A stretch of 38,043 bases of DNA, taken from IMG/VR virus record IMGVR_UViG_3300005573_000174, positions 1 through 38,043 of that record. The stretch is one strand, 5' to 3'. The notes beneath the pieces were generated by a model. It searched no databases. It worked only from the letters and a program-made list of their open reading frames with translations, and was not told the DNA's origin. The position numbers and the translations under genes are program-made. Positions within the stretch are counted from its first letter, which is position 1. Every line of letters begins with the position of its first letter. Shown piece after piece: positions 8,540 through 19,023 of the stretch. The DNA comes from a virus (taxonomy: Duplodnaviria; Caudoviricetes).

Positions 8540-8971
8540 ATGAAACGGAAACCTCCTGCCTGGTTTGAAGAGGAGCTACGGGCAATAAGTCCAGCCTTAA
8601 GGGTTTTGTTCCATCCCCGTAAGGGCTTGTGGGGAATCTATCGGATATATGACCCGGAATTCGATTCGCGCACATGCGCAATAAAACTCATGCGGGTATT
8701 TGAGATAGACGGCATTCCCTATTTCAAGTCCCGGCCTGCACTGAAATTCCTTGGCTGGATTCATGATGGCAAAGGAGGATACGCAGCTCCTGACCGGAAC
8801 ATCTTGCGCCAACTGCGTGAGCAGAAAATGGGGCTGTATTGGGAAAAAATTGACAAAGACGAGGAGGAGCGGGAGAGAGCGGAGCGGAATGTAATAGAGG
8901 AGGCCGGACGCGACTATGGCAAGACGCTTTTCAACCATGCAACCAAAATGACCTTTGATATGGGAGGATGA
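8540..8971 (+). CDS. Hypothetical protein in the head module
   Basis: 143-aa ORF, co-oriented, between capsid and adaptor. Confidence 0.7.
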   Translation: MKRKPPAWFEEELRAISPALRVLFHPRKGLWGIYRIYDPEFDSRTCAIKLMRVFEIDGIPYFKSRPALKFLGWIHDGKGGYAAPDRNILRQLREQKMGLYWEKIDKDEEERERAERNVIEEAGRDYGKTLFNHATKMTFDMGG

Positions 8972-8972
8972 T

Positions 8973-9662
8973 GTGGCCTGGACTGAATTCGGCAAAACTT
9001 TCAAAAATCTTTATGAGGATACTTCCACCAGGCTCGGGGACAGCTCCAATGTCACCTGGCCACTGGCGCTGATTAAGGACTTCATCAATCAGGAATATGT
9101 GGATATGCAGGATAACATGAACCGGTTCGGGGACTGGTATAATGCTTCCACAACCATCAGCGTTTCAGCTGGGACACAGGAATACGACCTGCCTGCGGAT
9201 TTCGACTCCATGCGGAAGGTTTATCGGGCGGACTCTTACATTGAATTAAAACAAGGAAAATATGACGATTACCTTCGGCAGGGCACCGAAATTCAAACTG
9301 GCTATAGCTACTCATATTATATCCGGGGTGGCTGCATGACTGACAACACCACTACAACCTACAACCTGCTCGGATTGGTTCCCAGCCCAAGCACTAGCTT
9401 TTCCCTGCATATCGACTACCAGAAAAAACCTCACCAATTGACCAACGACAACGATGTCCCGCTGATTCCTGCCACATTCAGCGAGGTGCTGATTTATGGA
9501 GCGATGAGGCGGGCAAGAATGATGAAAGGCTCAATCCAGGAATTGCAAATACTTGTGCCTGAATACGAGCGGAAAGTCAGAAAATTCCAGAGATGGTTGG
9601 CCGAGAACCGGGAACGGTTCGGGAATTCTCCCCTGCAGGATATGTGGGCGAGGTTGATATGA
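8973..9662 (+). CDS. Head-tail adaptor / tail tubular protein A-like
   Basis: GGAGG then GTG at 8973; KDFINQEY, GTQEYDLPADF, LVPSPS and DVPLIP..FSEVLIYGA adaptor patterns. Confidence 0.75.
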   Translation: MAWTEFGKTFKNLYEDTSTRLGDSSNVTWPLALIKDFINQEYVDMQDNMNRFGDWYNASTTISVSAGTQEYDLPADFDSMRKVYRADSYIELKQGKYDDYLRQGTEIQTGYSYSYYIRGGCMTDNTTTTYNLLGLVPSPSTSFSLHIDYQKKPHQLTNDNDVPLIPATFSEVLIYGAMRRARMMKGSIQELQILVPEYERKVRKFQRWLAENRERFGNSPLQDMWARLI

Positions 9663-12400
9663 TTCTGGACTTTTCCGGGATACCCATGATGGACGGATTG
9701 GATGATACCACCAATCCCTGGAGAAGAAGTCCCAACTCGGCAAAAGCCCTGTTCAATATCACACACGACCCTTGCCGGTATTTTTCAACTATCAAGGGCA
9801 GGGCTTACAATCTCACCGGATACGAGACTACTACCGCCGGAATTACCGGCCTGATTGCTACCAATTCCCGCTCGCCAATAGCCTCATTCCGACCTGGGAA
9901 CAACTGCATTTCTTTCAATTACGATAGCAACAATTATTATGGGCTGATTCCGCCAGGTGATTATTATTCCTATTACGACTTGCATCAGGCGGTTGTAGGC
10001 GCCCTGACAAACTGCTACAAGGACGCGGACAACTCACCGGTTCATATAGAAATCGGCGGTAGTTTTGATAATACCTGGAATAGCAAGACCTTCGGCCGCT
10101 CGGAGGTCAATTTTAACAACGCTTCCGGATATATCCGCTGGTGCGCTGGCATGGGAAGCGTCAACCACCAGACCACTGCCGACCTCTCCTTCTGGTATCG
10201 CTGGGCGGAAATTCACTACCAGGGAAGCACCAGTTCCAAAGTCCCACGCTATTCCGACCCTATACACGACCCAATGGTGGCGAGCAACTTGAAGCTCTGG
10301 GGCACTCATTGGACCAGCGCCAATCATGATAAAAGCATAAAAGAGATAAAGGGACGGGACTGGGAAACTAGCGCTGAATCCAGTGGCTCGTCTTGGACTT
10401 TTTTCGATTATTACGGCAGGCTATATCTGTCCGACAATCTTCATGCCTACATCATGAGAGACAACCAACACTTCCTGAAACCAGCGACAGCTGATGATAT
10501 TACCCCGCGCCGGGCCGGAATATCAGCGGTAGGCGCAGTCTCTGTTTATAGCCATCTCGCTACTCCCGCCTATTATGACGCAATCACTGCTGATAAATTC
10601 AGGTTCCCGGCAGTCCCGGGTGTGTCGGGATACCCCGACATCAACCTGGTCAATCTTTTCCAAATATACCTTAAAAAAGCAGCTGGGACAGCAACCGATT
10701 TCTGGTTAGATGTTTATTTCGAATTCTCGGACATAAACATCGAGCCAGTAAAATTATGCTCAATCAACTCCGGCGAATTGAGTGATTCGCAAGGAGTGCT
10801 TGTTACAAAATATGTGGAAACCGCAGCTTTGGGCATAGTAAATAATGTTGGAATTTCCCCGGGCTGGATTAGGATTGATTATCGCAACCCGGAGGGGCCT
10901 AAGCCTCTGGAGGTGGGCTGGGCGGTAAGTGATATGGTTAATCAATACCAGTATCTAGACGAAAACGGGGCCTGGAAAAACGCTTCGGCTAACCGCGATG
11001 TTTGTGCTTTCCTGGGCCAGACAGCTTCCCTAACTGGAAGTTATTATTGGAAATATTCTCTGACTAATCGGGAAGGGGTGGAAACCGAACTAAGTGATGC
11101 AGCCCAAATAACTGGTATGAATGGCCAGGTAGTAAAGCAAATAATGGCATTAGATACCCCGCTCCTGCTGGATGTGGAATACATAAATATCTATCGCACT
11201 ATTGCCAGTGGGAGCACTTATTATCTCGTGGGGAGAATTCCCTATGAGTATATCCGCTATTATGGGCATTTATTTAATGGATATGTCGGGCATCTGGAGT
11301 TCTCCATGTCGGAGGGAATTCCGGACAATGAGCTGATAATGCACGCGGAGGCCGATGTTATCACTGCACGGGACCCGCTGCCCCCGGGAATCAAATACGC
11401 CTGCTGGTCAAATCGGGGATGGGTTCTGAAAGATAACGGCTTGCTTTATTATAGCCGCCCATATTTTGTAGATTCGTTTGACTATACTTACCAAATGATG
11501 GAGTTCAATCAGGCGGGAGGGAAGGCCCTGGACCTGATTCCCATGATTGACCGACTGCTGGTCTTGAAAACAAATGGCATCGGCATTGTCTATCCCAGTG
11601 GCGGTAAATTCTCCAGCTATATGATTGATACCAAAGGGGTGGGGGTGTGCTCATCTTCAGCAGCGGTTTTTGTGGCCGAGGCCGCAAACGGAGTTTTTAT
11701 GCAAGCCCAGGATGGGCATTTCTATCTTTTTTCCGGCAATAACAGCCTGGTGAATATCAGCAAGGGGAAAATTGACTCCCTGGTCAACTCGTTCAATAAA
11801 TCTGCCCTGTCTAAGACCAGATGTGTCTATGACAGCGTGAACAAGGATATTCTCTGGTCAGTATGCACCGGGGATAATACTACCCCAGATAAACTTGTTT
11901 TTTATCACTTACCCACGCGGAGTTGGCATACTAGCGATATGGCCTCGGAGTATTTCCTTCAGGACCATCTCACCTCTCCCGACCAAATGATGATTATGGG
12001 ATGCAGTGGCGGTAATACTTTCCACTACTACCAGGGAAACTCCGACTTGGGGAATAACTTGACTGCATATTGGGAAGGCTCGGATTGGGTGTTCCCGGAT
12101 GACAAACAGAGGGTCTTGAGAAAGAACTATCTCGCCGTGGAGATATATTTCGAGAACAGCTCCCCCCTACAGACTGCGACCCTGCGCTGGTATCTGGATA
12201 ATTCTGCCTCCGAATATTCCCATTTGTCAATAGCATTGGACGGCTCCACTAACCGGACATCGAGAGGCACATACCGGATTCCCTTGAGTGGCACTGGAAA
12301 CAGTATTCGCTTCCGGCTGGAATTTGACGACCAGCTCGGTGAGGTCAAATGGTCATTCGTCAGTCTTGAGTTCGAGCCTGTCCTGCAAGCGAGGTTGTAA
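9659..12400 (+). CDS. Tail nozzle / packaged-DNA stabilisation protein (beta-propeller, P22 gp10/T7 gp12-like)
   Basis: ATGA-coupled start at 9659; beta-rich; LLYYSRP, RLLVLK and C-terminal GNSIRFRLE patterns; follows the adaptor. Confidence 0.7.
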   Translation: MILDFSGIPMMDGLDDTTNPWRRSPNSAKALFNITHDPCRYFSTIKGRAYNLTGYETTTAGITGLIATNSRSPIASFRPGNNCISFNYDSNNYYGLIPPGDYYSYYDLHQAVVGALTNCYKDADNSPVHIEIGGSFDNTWNSKTFGRSEVNFNNASGYIRWCAGMGSVNHQTTADLSFWYRWAEIHYQGSTSSKVPRYSDPIHDPMVASNLKLWGTHWTSANHDKSIKEIKGRDWETSAESSGSSWTFFDYYGRLYLSDNLHAYIMRDNQHFLKPATADDITPRRAGISAVGAVSVYSHLATPAYYDAITADKFRFPAVPGVSGYPDINLVNLFQIYLKKAAGTATDFWLDVYFEFSDINIEPVKLCSINSGELSDSQGVLVTKYVETAALGIVNNVGISPGWIRIDYRNPEGPKPLEVGWAVSDMVNQYQYLDENGAWKNASANRDVCAFLGQTASLTGSYYWKYSLTNREGVETELSDAAQITGMNGQVVKQIMALDTPLLLDVEYINIYRTIASGSTYYLVGRIPYEYIRYYGHLFNGYVGHLEFSMSEGIPDNELIMHAEADVITARDPLPPGIKYACWSNRGWVLKDNGLLYYSRPYFVDSFDYTYQMMEFNQAGGKALDLIPMIDRLLVLKTNGIGIVYPSGGKFSSYMIDTKGVGVCSSSAAVFVAEAANGVFMQAQDGHFYLFSGNNSLVNISKGKIDSLVNSFNKSALSKTRCVYDSVNKDILWSVCTGDNTTPDKLVFYHLPTRSWHTSDMASEYFLQDHLTSPDQMMIMGCSGGNTFHYYQGNSDLGNNLTAYWEGSDWVFPDDKQRVLRKNYLAVEIYFENSSPLQTATLRWYLDNSASEYSHLSIALDGSTNRTSRGTYRIPLSGTGNSIRFRLEFDDQLGEVKWSFVSLEFEPVLQARL

Positions 12401-12963
12401 TGCCTTATCAGGAAGCAGCGCATAGTTTCGAGAGCGATTCCAACCAGTTCCAGGCAATCCAGGACTTGGTTAACCAGCTCAAGTTGGGGGAGACTTGGCT
12501 ATCGCCTCCGCAATGCAAGGTCAACTTGAGCAATGTGGCCCCAACCGCAGTGCCAACCGAGACCTGGAATTATTTCACGGTATCTGAAGACTACCCACAG
12601 GCAATTATCTCTGCCGACTTGCGCATAAAGCATAGCTACTCAAGCACATTGAACCTGACCAGTGAGCTGGTCTTCCCCCTGGAGAGTGATACAGTCAATA
12701 CCCAGGAACCTCTTCTGGCGTATCCCTATAGCCACACGAAAGACATCCAGGGGCTGGTATTAAACAGCTGGGGGCAGTCTGGCTGGAACTGGGTGATGCG
12801 AGGCTTTTGGCGTGGCACAGTTCCCGTGATAGGTGGGAAGGTATATTGGCAGCTGAAGCGACGGGTATGGGCAGGGTCGGAATTGGCACTGACAACCACC
12901 GGATGGAGCATGAGCGAAATTTATCTAAGAATAAATCTCTTGGGGTTTACAGGAGGTAGTTGA
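12400..12963 (+). CDS. Putative small tail protein
   Basis: TAATG coupling to the nozzle; short helix followed by a beta-rich domain. Confidence 0.55.
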   Translation: MPYQEAAHSFESDSNQFQAIQDLVNQLKLGETWLSPPQCKVNLSNVAPTAVPTETWNYFTVSEDYPQAIISADLRIKHSYSSTLNLTSELVFPLESDTVNTQEPLLAYPYSHTKDIQGLVLNSWGQSGWNWVMRGFWRGTVPVIGGKVYWQLKRRVWAGSELALTTTGWSMSEIYLRINLLGFTGGS

Positions 12964-12965
12964 AA

Positions 12966-13589
12966 ATGAGCTACTTTACAGATTGGCTTACCAACCCCGT
13001 GGCTTGGCTTAATGATGTTGGAAATTGGCTTAGTGGCGACAGTGGGGGTGGCGACTATTCAAAGCAGGCACACCAATCTTGGGATGACTTGATAAAAAAA
13101 CTGGGCTGGCCCGGGGTTTCCAGTTCCGGATTCGGGTATCCGGGCACAGGCGTGGACACTAATTACCTGAATGCCCTGAATAAGGCTTACGAAGACTACT
13201 ACAGCATGACCGACATCCCGGCTCTTTACAGTGGGTATAATTTGGCAAAGCAGAATCTTGCTAACCAGATGAATGCTGCCAATCTGGGGCTGGGCGAACA
13301 GATGCGAGCGCAAAATCAGCTGGCGAAAGAGCAGTCGCAAGCAGCAGCGGAAGAGCAGATGAAAGCGAAGTATTTGCAGGCACAGGGCTTGGCGGGATTG
13401 GGAGAGATGGAGTTCAGGAACTATATGGACAAGCTTAACTCTCTTTTGCAGATGAACTCTGCGAGAAGCGGCATTGATATGAGCAGGTGGAACTGGGAAA
13501 ATCAGCAGGATATGATGGAGCAGCAGGGCTTAGCTGACCTAGCGAGTACTTTGACGCAACTGGCCGCCATGTCCATAATTTTTGGTTAG
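12966..13589 (+). CDS. Putative ejection/internal virion protein
   Basis: AGGAGG RBS; Gly/Gln/Ala/Asn-rich helical protein in the podovirus ejection-gene position. Confidence 0.6.
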   Translation: MSYFTDWLTNPVAWLNDVGNWLSGDSGGGDYSKQAHQSWDDLIKKLGWPGVSSSGFGYPGTGVDTNYLNALNKAYEDYYSMTDIPALYSGYNLAKQNLANQMNAANLGLGEQMRAQNQLAKEQSQAAAEEQMKAKYLQAQGLAGLGEMEFRNYMDKLNSLLQMNSARSGIDMSRWNWENQQDMMEQQGLADLASTLTQLAAMSIIFG

Positions 13590-13608
13590 CCCGAATCAGG
13601 AGGTTTCT

Positions 13609-14430
13609 ATGGCTAGTTGGGGTATAATGAGCGGAATAAGCCGGGGGTTGAGTTATGTCGCGCAACTGGGGTATGAGCAGGCGCTAGCCAAACAGCGTCT
13701 GGAGCAGCAGCAAAAACTCCAGAACGAGCGGTTAGCTGCTCTGGCCCAGATAGAGCAGATAAAAAGACAGGACCAGCTCGATATGTTCAATGCCAAGATG
13801 AAACTCGAAGAGGAAAAACTGCGACAGGACAATATTCACCAAATGGAGCTGAAACTGAAAGATTTGGAAATCGCCAAGGCGCGCATGGAGGCCGAGCTGG
13901 GAAGGAGTAGGGGTGGATACAGAGATATAGCCGATTCCCGCAAAGCTCTTTTGAGTTTCACCAATGAAATTGACAGCATACTCTATCCAACCGACCCCAG
14001 CCGGGACCCGTTTGCCCTTTTGCAGGGAGACGCAAAAAAAGAGGAACAGTTCAAGGCGGCCTTTGGTAGGTTTCAGGCATACGCACAGGCGTATCCGGAA
14101 TTGAAGGATAATATGGAGAGTTATCTGCGGTTAAGATTCCCGGATATGTATGCCCCCCAGCCACAAGCACAGCCTAAGCTGCCCACTCCGCAAGCGCCGA
14201 ATCTGGGAGAAAGAATCGGGCGAGCGGGAAGGGTTGTTCCTAGTCTGATGAAAAGTGCCATAAAATGGCCATTCACTGGCCCAGGAGATATTGCTGGGCG
14301 CATTGTTAGGGACATTTACACCGGATATAACGCAGCCAAAAAGGAGGAGGAGCCGGAGGGGAAGCCGGAGGAGAAACCGAAGGAGGAGCCGGAGGTATTC
14401 CTGCGACCGAAGGTGGAGCCGGAGGAATAA
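13609..14430 (+). CDS. Putative ejection/internal virion protein
   Basis: AGGAGG then ATG at 13609; GISRGL N-terminus, long coiled coil, E/K/P-repeat tail. Confidence 0.6.
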   Translation: MASWGIMSGISRGLSYVAQLGYEQALAKQRLEQQQKLQNERLAALAQIEQIKRQDQLDMFNAKMKLEEEKLRQDNIHQMELKLKDLEIAKARMEAELGRSRGGYRDIADSRKALLSFTNEIDSILYPTDPSRDPFALLQGDAKKEEQFKAAFGRFQAYAQAYPELKDNMESYLRLRFPDMYAPQPQAQPKLPTPQAPNLGERIGRAGRVVPSLMKSAIKWPFTGPGDIAGRIVRDIYTGYNAAKKEEEPEGKPEEKPKEEPEVFLRPKVEPEE

Positions 14431-17400
14431 TGCCCGGGCCTTTCGCTAGTAGTAGTCCTTTTTCTGGCAACAGGAGCAAAAGCCCGTTTGCCCCGAGCCA
14501 AAAGACTGCACCCACTCCCACTGATGAGCAACTCAAGGATATTAGCGCAAAGGCAGGGGCGGAACCAAGCACTTGGGATAAATTGTGGGCCAACACCGGG
14601 AAAGACATAAAAAGTCTCGCCATGCTGCCTCTCGTGCCATATTATGTGGCCAAAACCATCACCGAGCCGGATGCGGAAAAAAAACTTTCGGAAATGGGCA
14701 AGCAGGTACTGTCCGGACAGATAGAGTATTTCAAAGGGTATCGACATCCAGTAGAGCATTTCATCGAGGACCCACTCTTTACGGTGCTGGATGTGGCTAG
14801 CCTGGCCTCCCTAGGCGCGCCACTAGTCGCCAAGGGAGCTGCAACCGCTGGCGCGGAAGGGGCGGCGAAAATGGCCAGCTCCCTGGGCAAAGCCGCCGAA
14901 CTGATGTCCAGCCCAGCGGCCTTGATAAAATATCCGGCAAAGGTCGCATCCGAGGCAGCAACAAAAGCGGCATTCCGGGATATTGCCTGGCGGAATATTG
15001 AGAAGGAAATGGCCAACCTGGCGGATAAGCCGGGAATGACTAGGGCCGAGGCTGAACTTGCCACCAAAGAGATGCTACGGGAAAAATATCATCTTCCCGA
15101 AAAGGTGGCCACGGACGCGGTTAAAAATGCAGCTCCCATTGAAAACGCCAACACAATCGCCAAACTAGGCTCCTATATTTCCAAGCAGAACGCCGTGCGG
15201 GAAATAGAACATGTCTATAACATATATGGCGAAAAGTTGCACGATGCCAACACCAGGGCGGTAGAGGTTTATAAAAACGCCCCGCTGGAAGAATTCAGGA
15301 AAGAGTTCGGCTCCGAGCCGACTGCCCACGAAATCGGTATTGCTACCGAATATTCCGTGACCCCAAACACTCACCCGTCATTCGAGCTTCTGGAAAAAGA
15401 AGTGAAAAACAATCCCCGGATTTTACGAATCTATCAGCAGATAAAAAAAATCGGAGACGAATTCCGGGAGGAGGGTATAGCTAAAGGTTGGTTCACCCCC
15501 GAAGAGGCGCATCGCCGCCTGCTTAAGCCGTATGCAAGCAAGGCTGCTATGAACGACCTGGTAGAACAAAAATATGACGAGATAGCCCAGGCGTTGAAAG
15601 CCAAAGGCTGGTCGGGGGCGCAAATTACCGAGTATTTCAAGCAGCCGAACCGATACCTAGAGCCGGATGTGTTGAGACATATCACTCAAAAATACCAGGA
15701 ACCGGCTGCATGGGATGTTCTGGTGAATAAAAAAATTGACGAATTGATGAAAGCCCCTCCCCAGGCTATAGAACATCTGGCCTATCATTTCCCCATAACC
15801 GAGCGGGCGGAAAATATCTCCGCTGGCTGGACTGACCGATTCATGGGCAACCTCATGCGCTCGGATAAGGCCGGTTTTATGAAGCATTATACTGGCGGTC
15901 GGGAGGCTTTTTATGACCCGTTTGAATCGGCAGTGCGGTGGAAGCAAAAGGCCAACTGGATGGAAGCCCGCAAAGCCTTCAAAGATGATATGTTCAACAT
16001 TCTCGATAAATACGGGTTAAGAAGGGAGCTGGGGCCGGGAGATGAGCTTCGGGTCGGGGAGCGGAGATACGACATCGGCCCAAGCGTGCAGACCGAAAGG
16101 ACTATTCTCAACACAATATCTCGTGAAAGCGCGTCATATGCGCAAAAACTGAATGAACGGAAAATGTATATCACGGGGTTAATTCCGCACTCGCCAATTT
16201 ATAATACTGTCAACGATATTATGCCATCGGCACTAGATACTATTCTTACCCCATTATCCCGTGAAGCGTCATATGCGAAAAAAATGGGAGTCCATAAAGC
16301 ATTCGAGACGCTACGCGCAGAAAATCCCGCATACGCAATTCCCAAGCAGGTGGCCGATTTTCTTGACCCCAAAAATCGGTCGGTCAAAACAAGCGCTTTT
16401 ATGAGGTATGCTGTTGATTATCCGGTAAATGAGTGGAAAATGTATGTCCTGGGACTAAGCCCGCGCTGGGTGGCTTATAACACAGTTGGCAATGTCATGT
16501 TCTCGGCGTTGCAAATGATGGACCATCCCCTCCAGGGCGCAAAGGCTTTTTATCGGGCATTCAAGAATGATTGGAAAAGTCAGATTCCTCCGGAAATAAG
16601 TAGAACCGGGTTATATGAATCCGAAGGGCGGGTTCCTCGGTCGCTTTTTGAGCGTGCCCGCAACGAGTTGCTTGGGAACGAGCCGAACCATGTGGTGGAG
16701 TTTGAATTCGCGGATAAGAAAATCAAGGTGTATGACCGCCAGGCTGACAAGACCAAAAAAATGCTCGCCTGGCTCAATTTTCCCAAAAAGCTTTCTGAAA
16801 AAGTGATTGCTCTCAACTCCCAGATTGAAAACTATTTCCGCAACGCATCTTACCTTTATGAGTCCGAGCGCATGGCCCGCATGGAAATGGCCAAGAATGT
16901 CGCGGCCAAAGGTGCGGTTATCAACGATGTTATTGAGAGCAAAATGCTCGAGCTTATGAAAGACCCACGCAAGTCAATGGACATCTCCCGCATGGTGGGG
17001 GACTGGTTTTTCAATTATTGGGACGCGTCCCGACTCGACAAGCAGATAAAGCGTATCATTCCCTTTTGGATGTGGACCAAGAATATGATTCGGTTCTCGC
17101 TCTGGACTTTGCCGATGGAGCATCCCTTAAAATTCAGAACTATAATTCTTCTCAATCAGATAGGGGAAGACTTCTGGCGGGAAGACCTCAAGCGGTGGGG
17201 GGTCAACCCGGACGACTTGTCTGATTATCTCCGGGGGAGCGTCCCAATAGGCATAGATAAACGCACCAACAACTTGCTGATGTTCAACACAAAAGGCCCA
17301 AACCCGTTTAATACTTTCTATGAAATGAATCTCGAAAAAATACTTTCCTCGGCCAGCCCGGTTCTTAAGGTTATCATTGAGCGAGCCATTCACCGGGAGA

Positions 17401-17837
17401 TTTTCTCTGGCAAGGATTTTGACAGTCCATTTGTTTGGCAGCAGGGGGGCACTGGACGGAAATTCATGCTGGGGCCGGACGGACATCCTCACGAAGTCAA
17501 AGGGGTGAACCCACCGTTGTTTGAACATATCGGCAGGCAGATTCCCCAGTATCAGCTGCTGACCAAGATGTTGCTGGCCATGAAATACGGCGGAATCCCC
17601 CAGACTTATTCAACTATGAGTCTGCCAGATGTGTGGAATCCAGCGTTTGTCAAGCCTGCGAAAGAGCCGAGTCAGGCGCCAAGGTCAATCATACCAAGTA
17701 TCTCCGGTTTTATGGGGCTTCCCGTATCCGAAGTTTCGCTTAACAGGCAGCAACCCAAGACGCAGAAGGTAATTCGGAGGGGATTGTATAATCAACTGAA
17801 AAAAGTAGCTCTTAAACAAACTCAAGGAGGTTCCTAA
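14430..17837 (+). CDS. Large ejection/internal virion protein (1135 aa)
   Basis: Helical, Ala-rich hydrophobic segment, C-terminal FNYWD...KRIIPFWMWT pattern seen in large injected podophage proteins; TAATG coupling on both sides. Confidence 0.65.
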   Translation: MPGPFASSSPFSGNRSKSPFAPSQKTAPTPTDEQLKDISAKAGAEPSTWDKLWANTGKDIKSLAMLPLVPYYVAKTITEPDAEKKLSEMGKQVLSGQIEYFKGYRHPVEHFIEDPLFTVLDVASLASLGAPLVAKGAATAGAEGAAKMASSLGKAAELMSSPAALIKYPAKVASEAATKAAFRDIAWRNIEKEMANLADKPGMTRAEAELATKEMLREKYHLPEKVATDAVKNAAPIENANTIAKLGSYISKQNAVREIEHVYNIYGEKLHDANTRAVEVYKNAPLEEFRKEFGSEPTAHEIGIATEYSVTPNTHPSFELLEKEVKNNPRILRIYQQIKKIGDEFREEGIAKGWFTPEEAHRRLLKPYASKAAMNDLVEQKYDEIAQALKAKGWSGAQITEYFKQPNRYLEPDVLRHITQKYQEPAAWDVLVNKKIDELMKAPPQAIEHLAYHFPITERAENISAGWTDRFMGNLMRSDKAGFMKHYTGGREAFYDPFESAVRWKQKANWMEARKAFKDDMFNILDKYGLRRELGPGDELRVGERRYDIGPSVQTERTILNTISRESASYAQKLNERKMYITGLIPHSPIYNTVNDIMPSALDTILTPLSREASYAKKMGVHKAFETLRAENPAYAIPKQVADFLDPKNRSVKTSAFMRYAVDYPVNEWKMYVLGLSPRWVAYNTVGNVMFSALQMMDHPLQGAKAFYRAFKNDWKSQIPPEISRTGLYESEGRVPRSLFERARNELLGNEPNHVVEFEFADKKIKVYDRQADKTKKMLAWLNFPKKLSEKVIALNSQIENYFRNASYLYESERMARMEMAKNVAAKGAVINDVIESKMLELMKDPRKSMDISRMVGDWFFNYWDASRLDKQIKRIIPFWMWTKNMIRFSLWTLPMEHPLKFRTIILLNQIGEDFWREDLKRWGVNPDDLSDYLRGSVPIGIDKRTNNLLMFNTKGPNPFNTFYEMNLEKILSSASPVLKVIIERAIHREIFSGKDFDSPFVWQQGGTGRKFMLGPDGHPHEVKGVNPPLFEHIGRQIPQYQLLTKMLLAMKYGGIPQTYSTMSLPDVWNPAFVKPAKEPSQAPRSIIPSISGFMGLPVSEVSLNRQQPKTQKVIRRGLYNQLKKVALKQTQGGS

Positions 17838-18442
17838 TGACCTTAACTTACACACAGGAATTTTTTACGCTGGGAGACGAGGCTACTCCGGTGAGTGGCA
17901 CCAGCTACGATGCCCTGCTCTCCACGGCTCAATATGCGGGCGGGATGCCAATTTGGTCTCCACGCGAACGGCGGGTGCATGTTTTGGCTTGCAACCCCGT
18001 CTGGCAGTCCGGGCTGGTGAAGACAACTATTACCGAGGCAGCTACATCGGATGTTATTTACCTGACTCCGCCAATTGACTGTGGCCCTTATTTTTATAAA
18101 GTGCTGTTCATGCTCAAGGACGCCACCAAACAGCTGAATACGGCAGCGAACCTGGTGGTCTGGACCGGGAACACGCTGAAAGACGACTCCGTAATCGGGA
18201 AAATTATTGATAACACCTCGGGGAGTTTCATGGCTCTACCGGTTCAGTCTTCGGTGAGCAGCATGGGCTTCAAGCTGATTGCCGACGGCACAGACGCCAA
18301 CGCTTATCATATCACACTGGCTGGCCCGGAGATGTTCAGCGATTTCCCGTTGCAAAGATACTTCCAGTTGGTATTTACCGTGGCGTCTGCCATATCCGCA
18401 AAAACCATTCTCAACCGGGTCGTGGGATGGTATTTAACTTGA
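17837..18442 (+). CDS. Putative virion beta-sandwich protein, paralogue A
   Basis: AAGGAGG RBS; shares C-terminal motif with 18459..19022. Confidence 0.6.
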   Translation: MTLTYTQEFFTLGDEATPVSGTSYDALLSTAQYAGGMPIWSPRERRVHVLACNPVWQSGLVKTTITEAATSDVIYLTPPIDCGPYFYKVLFMLKDATKQLNTAANLVVWTGNTLKDDSVIGKIIDNTSGSFMALPVQSSVSSMGFKLIADGTDANAYHITLAGPEMFSDFPLQRYFQLVFTVASAISAKTILNRVVGWYLT

Positions 18443-18458
18443 ATAAGGGAGGTGTCCG

Positions 18459-19022
18459 ATGACGGCTACATACACGATAAGTCCGGTCTTTGCCGATTTT
18501 CCCCAGCCGGATTTCGAGCCACGCAAAAGAAACAAAGAAGGGATGCTTGACCGGGTATATGATAGTGGCCTGATAACTGTCTCTGCGACCAATTGGGTGG
18601 CAGGCGACTACATCCCCCTGACCCATCCCATCAAGACGCTTGGGCTGAAAAAGATAGCCATCTATTCAACCGAGGCTTTGGTGGATACCGGCGGTGATAG
18701 CTTTCTTTTCGGAGATAATAATCTCCTTATGAGAATGGGCTGTAAGCTGACCACGACCGGGGAGATAGACAACACCGACTTTTATCAGATTAAGCAGGCG
18801 CTCACCACTATAGGCACGGCAATGGGGAATAAAATGGTCCAATGCACCGCCTTCCAGGGAGACCCCACATACCGAAGCCACCTGGTTGTGGTTGGTTCAG
18901 AAATGCAAAGTGATGTGCCCCTTACTCCTTATGTCCAGCTCATACTACAACCGTCTACCGGGTATTACGCCGACCAGAATTTCTATACCCGTGTTTTCGG
19001 CTGGTATTTGGGGGAGGGCTAA
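18459..19022 (+). CDS. Putative virion beta-sandwich protein, paralogue B
   Basis: GGAGG RBS; HLVVVGSEMQSDVPLTPYVQL...RVFGWYL aligns with HITLAGPEMFSDFPLQRYFQL...RVVGWYL. Confidence 0.6.
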   Translation: MTATYTISPVFADFPQPDFEPRKRNKEGMLDRVYDSGLITVSATNWVAGDYIPLTHPIKTLGLKKIAIYSTEALVDTGGDSFLFGDNNLLMRMGCKLTTTGEIDNTDFYQIKQALTTIGTAMGNKMVQCTAFQGDPTYRSHLVVVGSEMQSDVPLTPYVQLILQPSTGYYADQNFYTRVFGWYLGEG

Positions 19023-19023
19023 A

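Noticed and set aside
14340-14430. GAGCCGGAG repeats as a regulatory array
   Set aside because: Explained by the in-frame low-complexity E/K/P tail of the protein.
14430-17837. Tape measure protein or virion RNA polymerase
   Set aside because: No tail tube or chaperone genes and no polymerase motifs recognised; the context fits a podovirus ejection protein.
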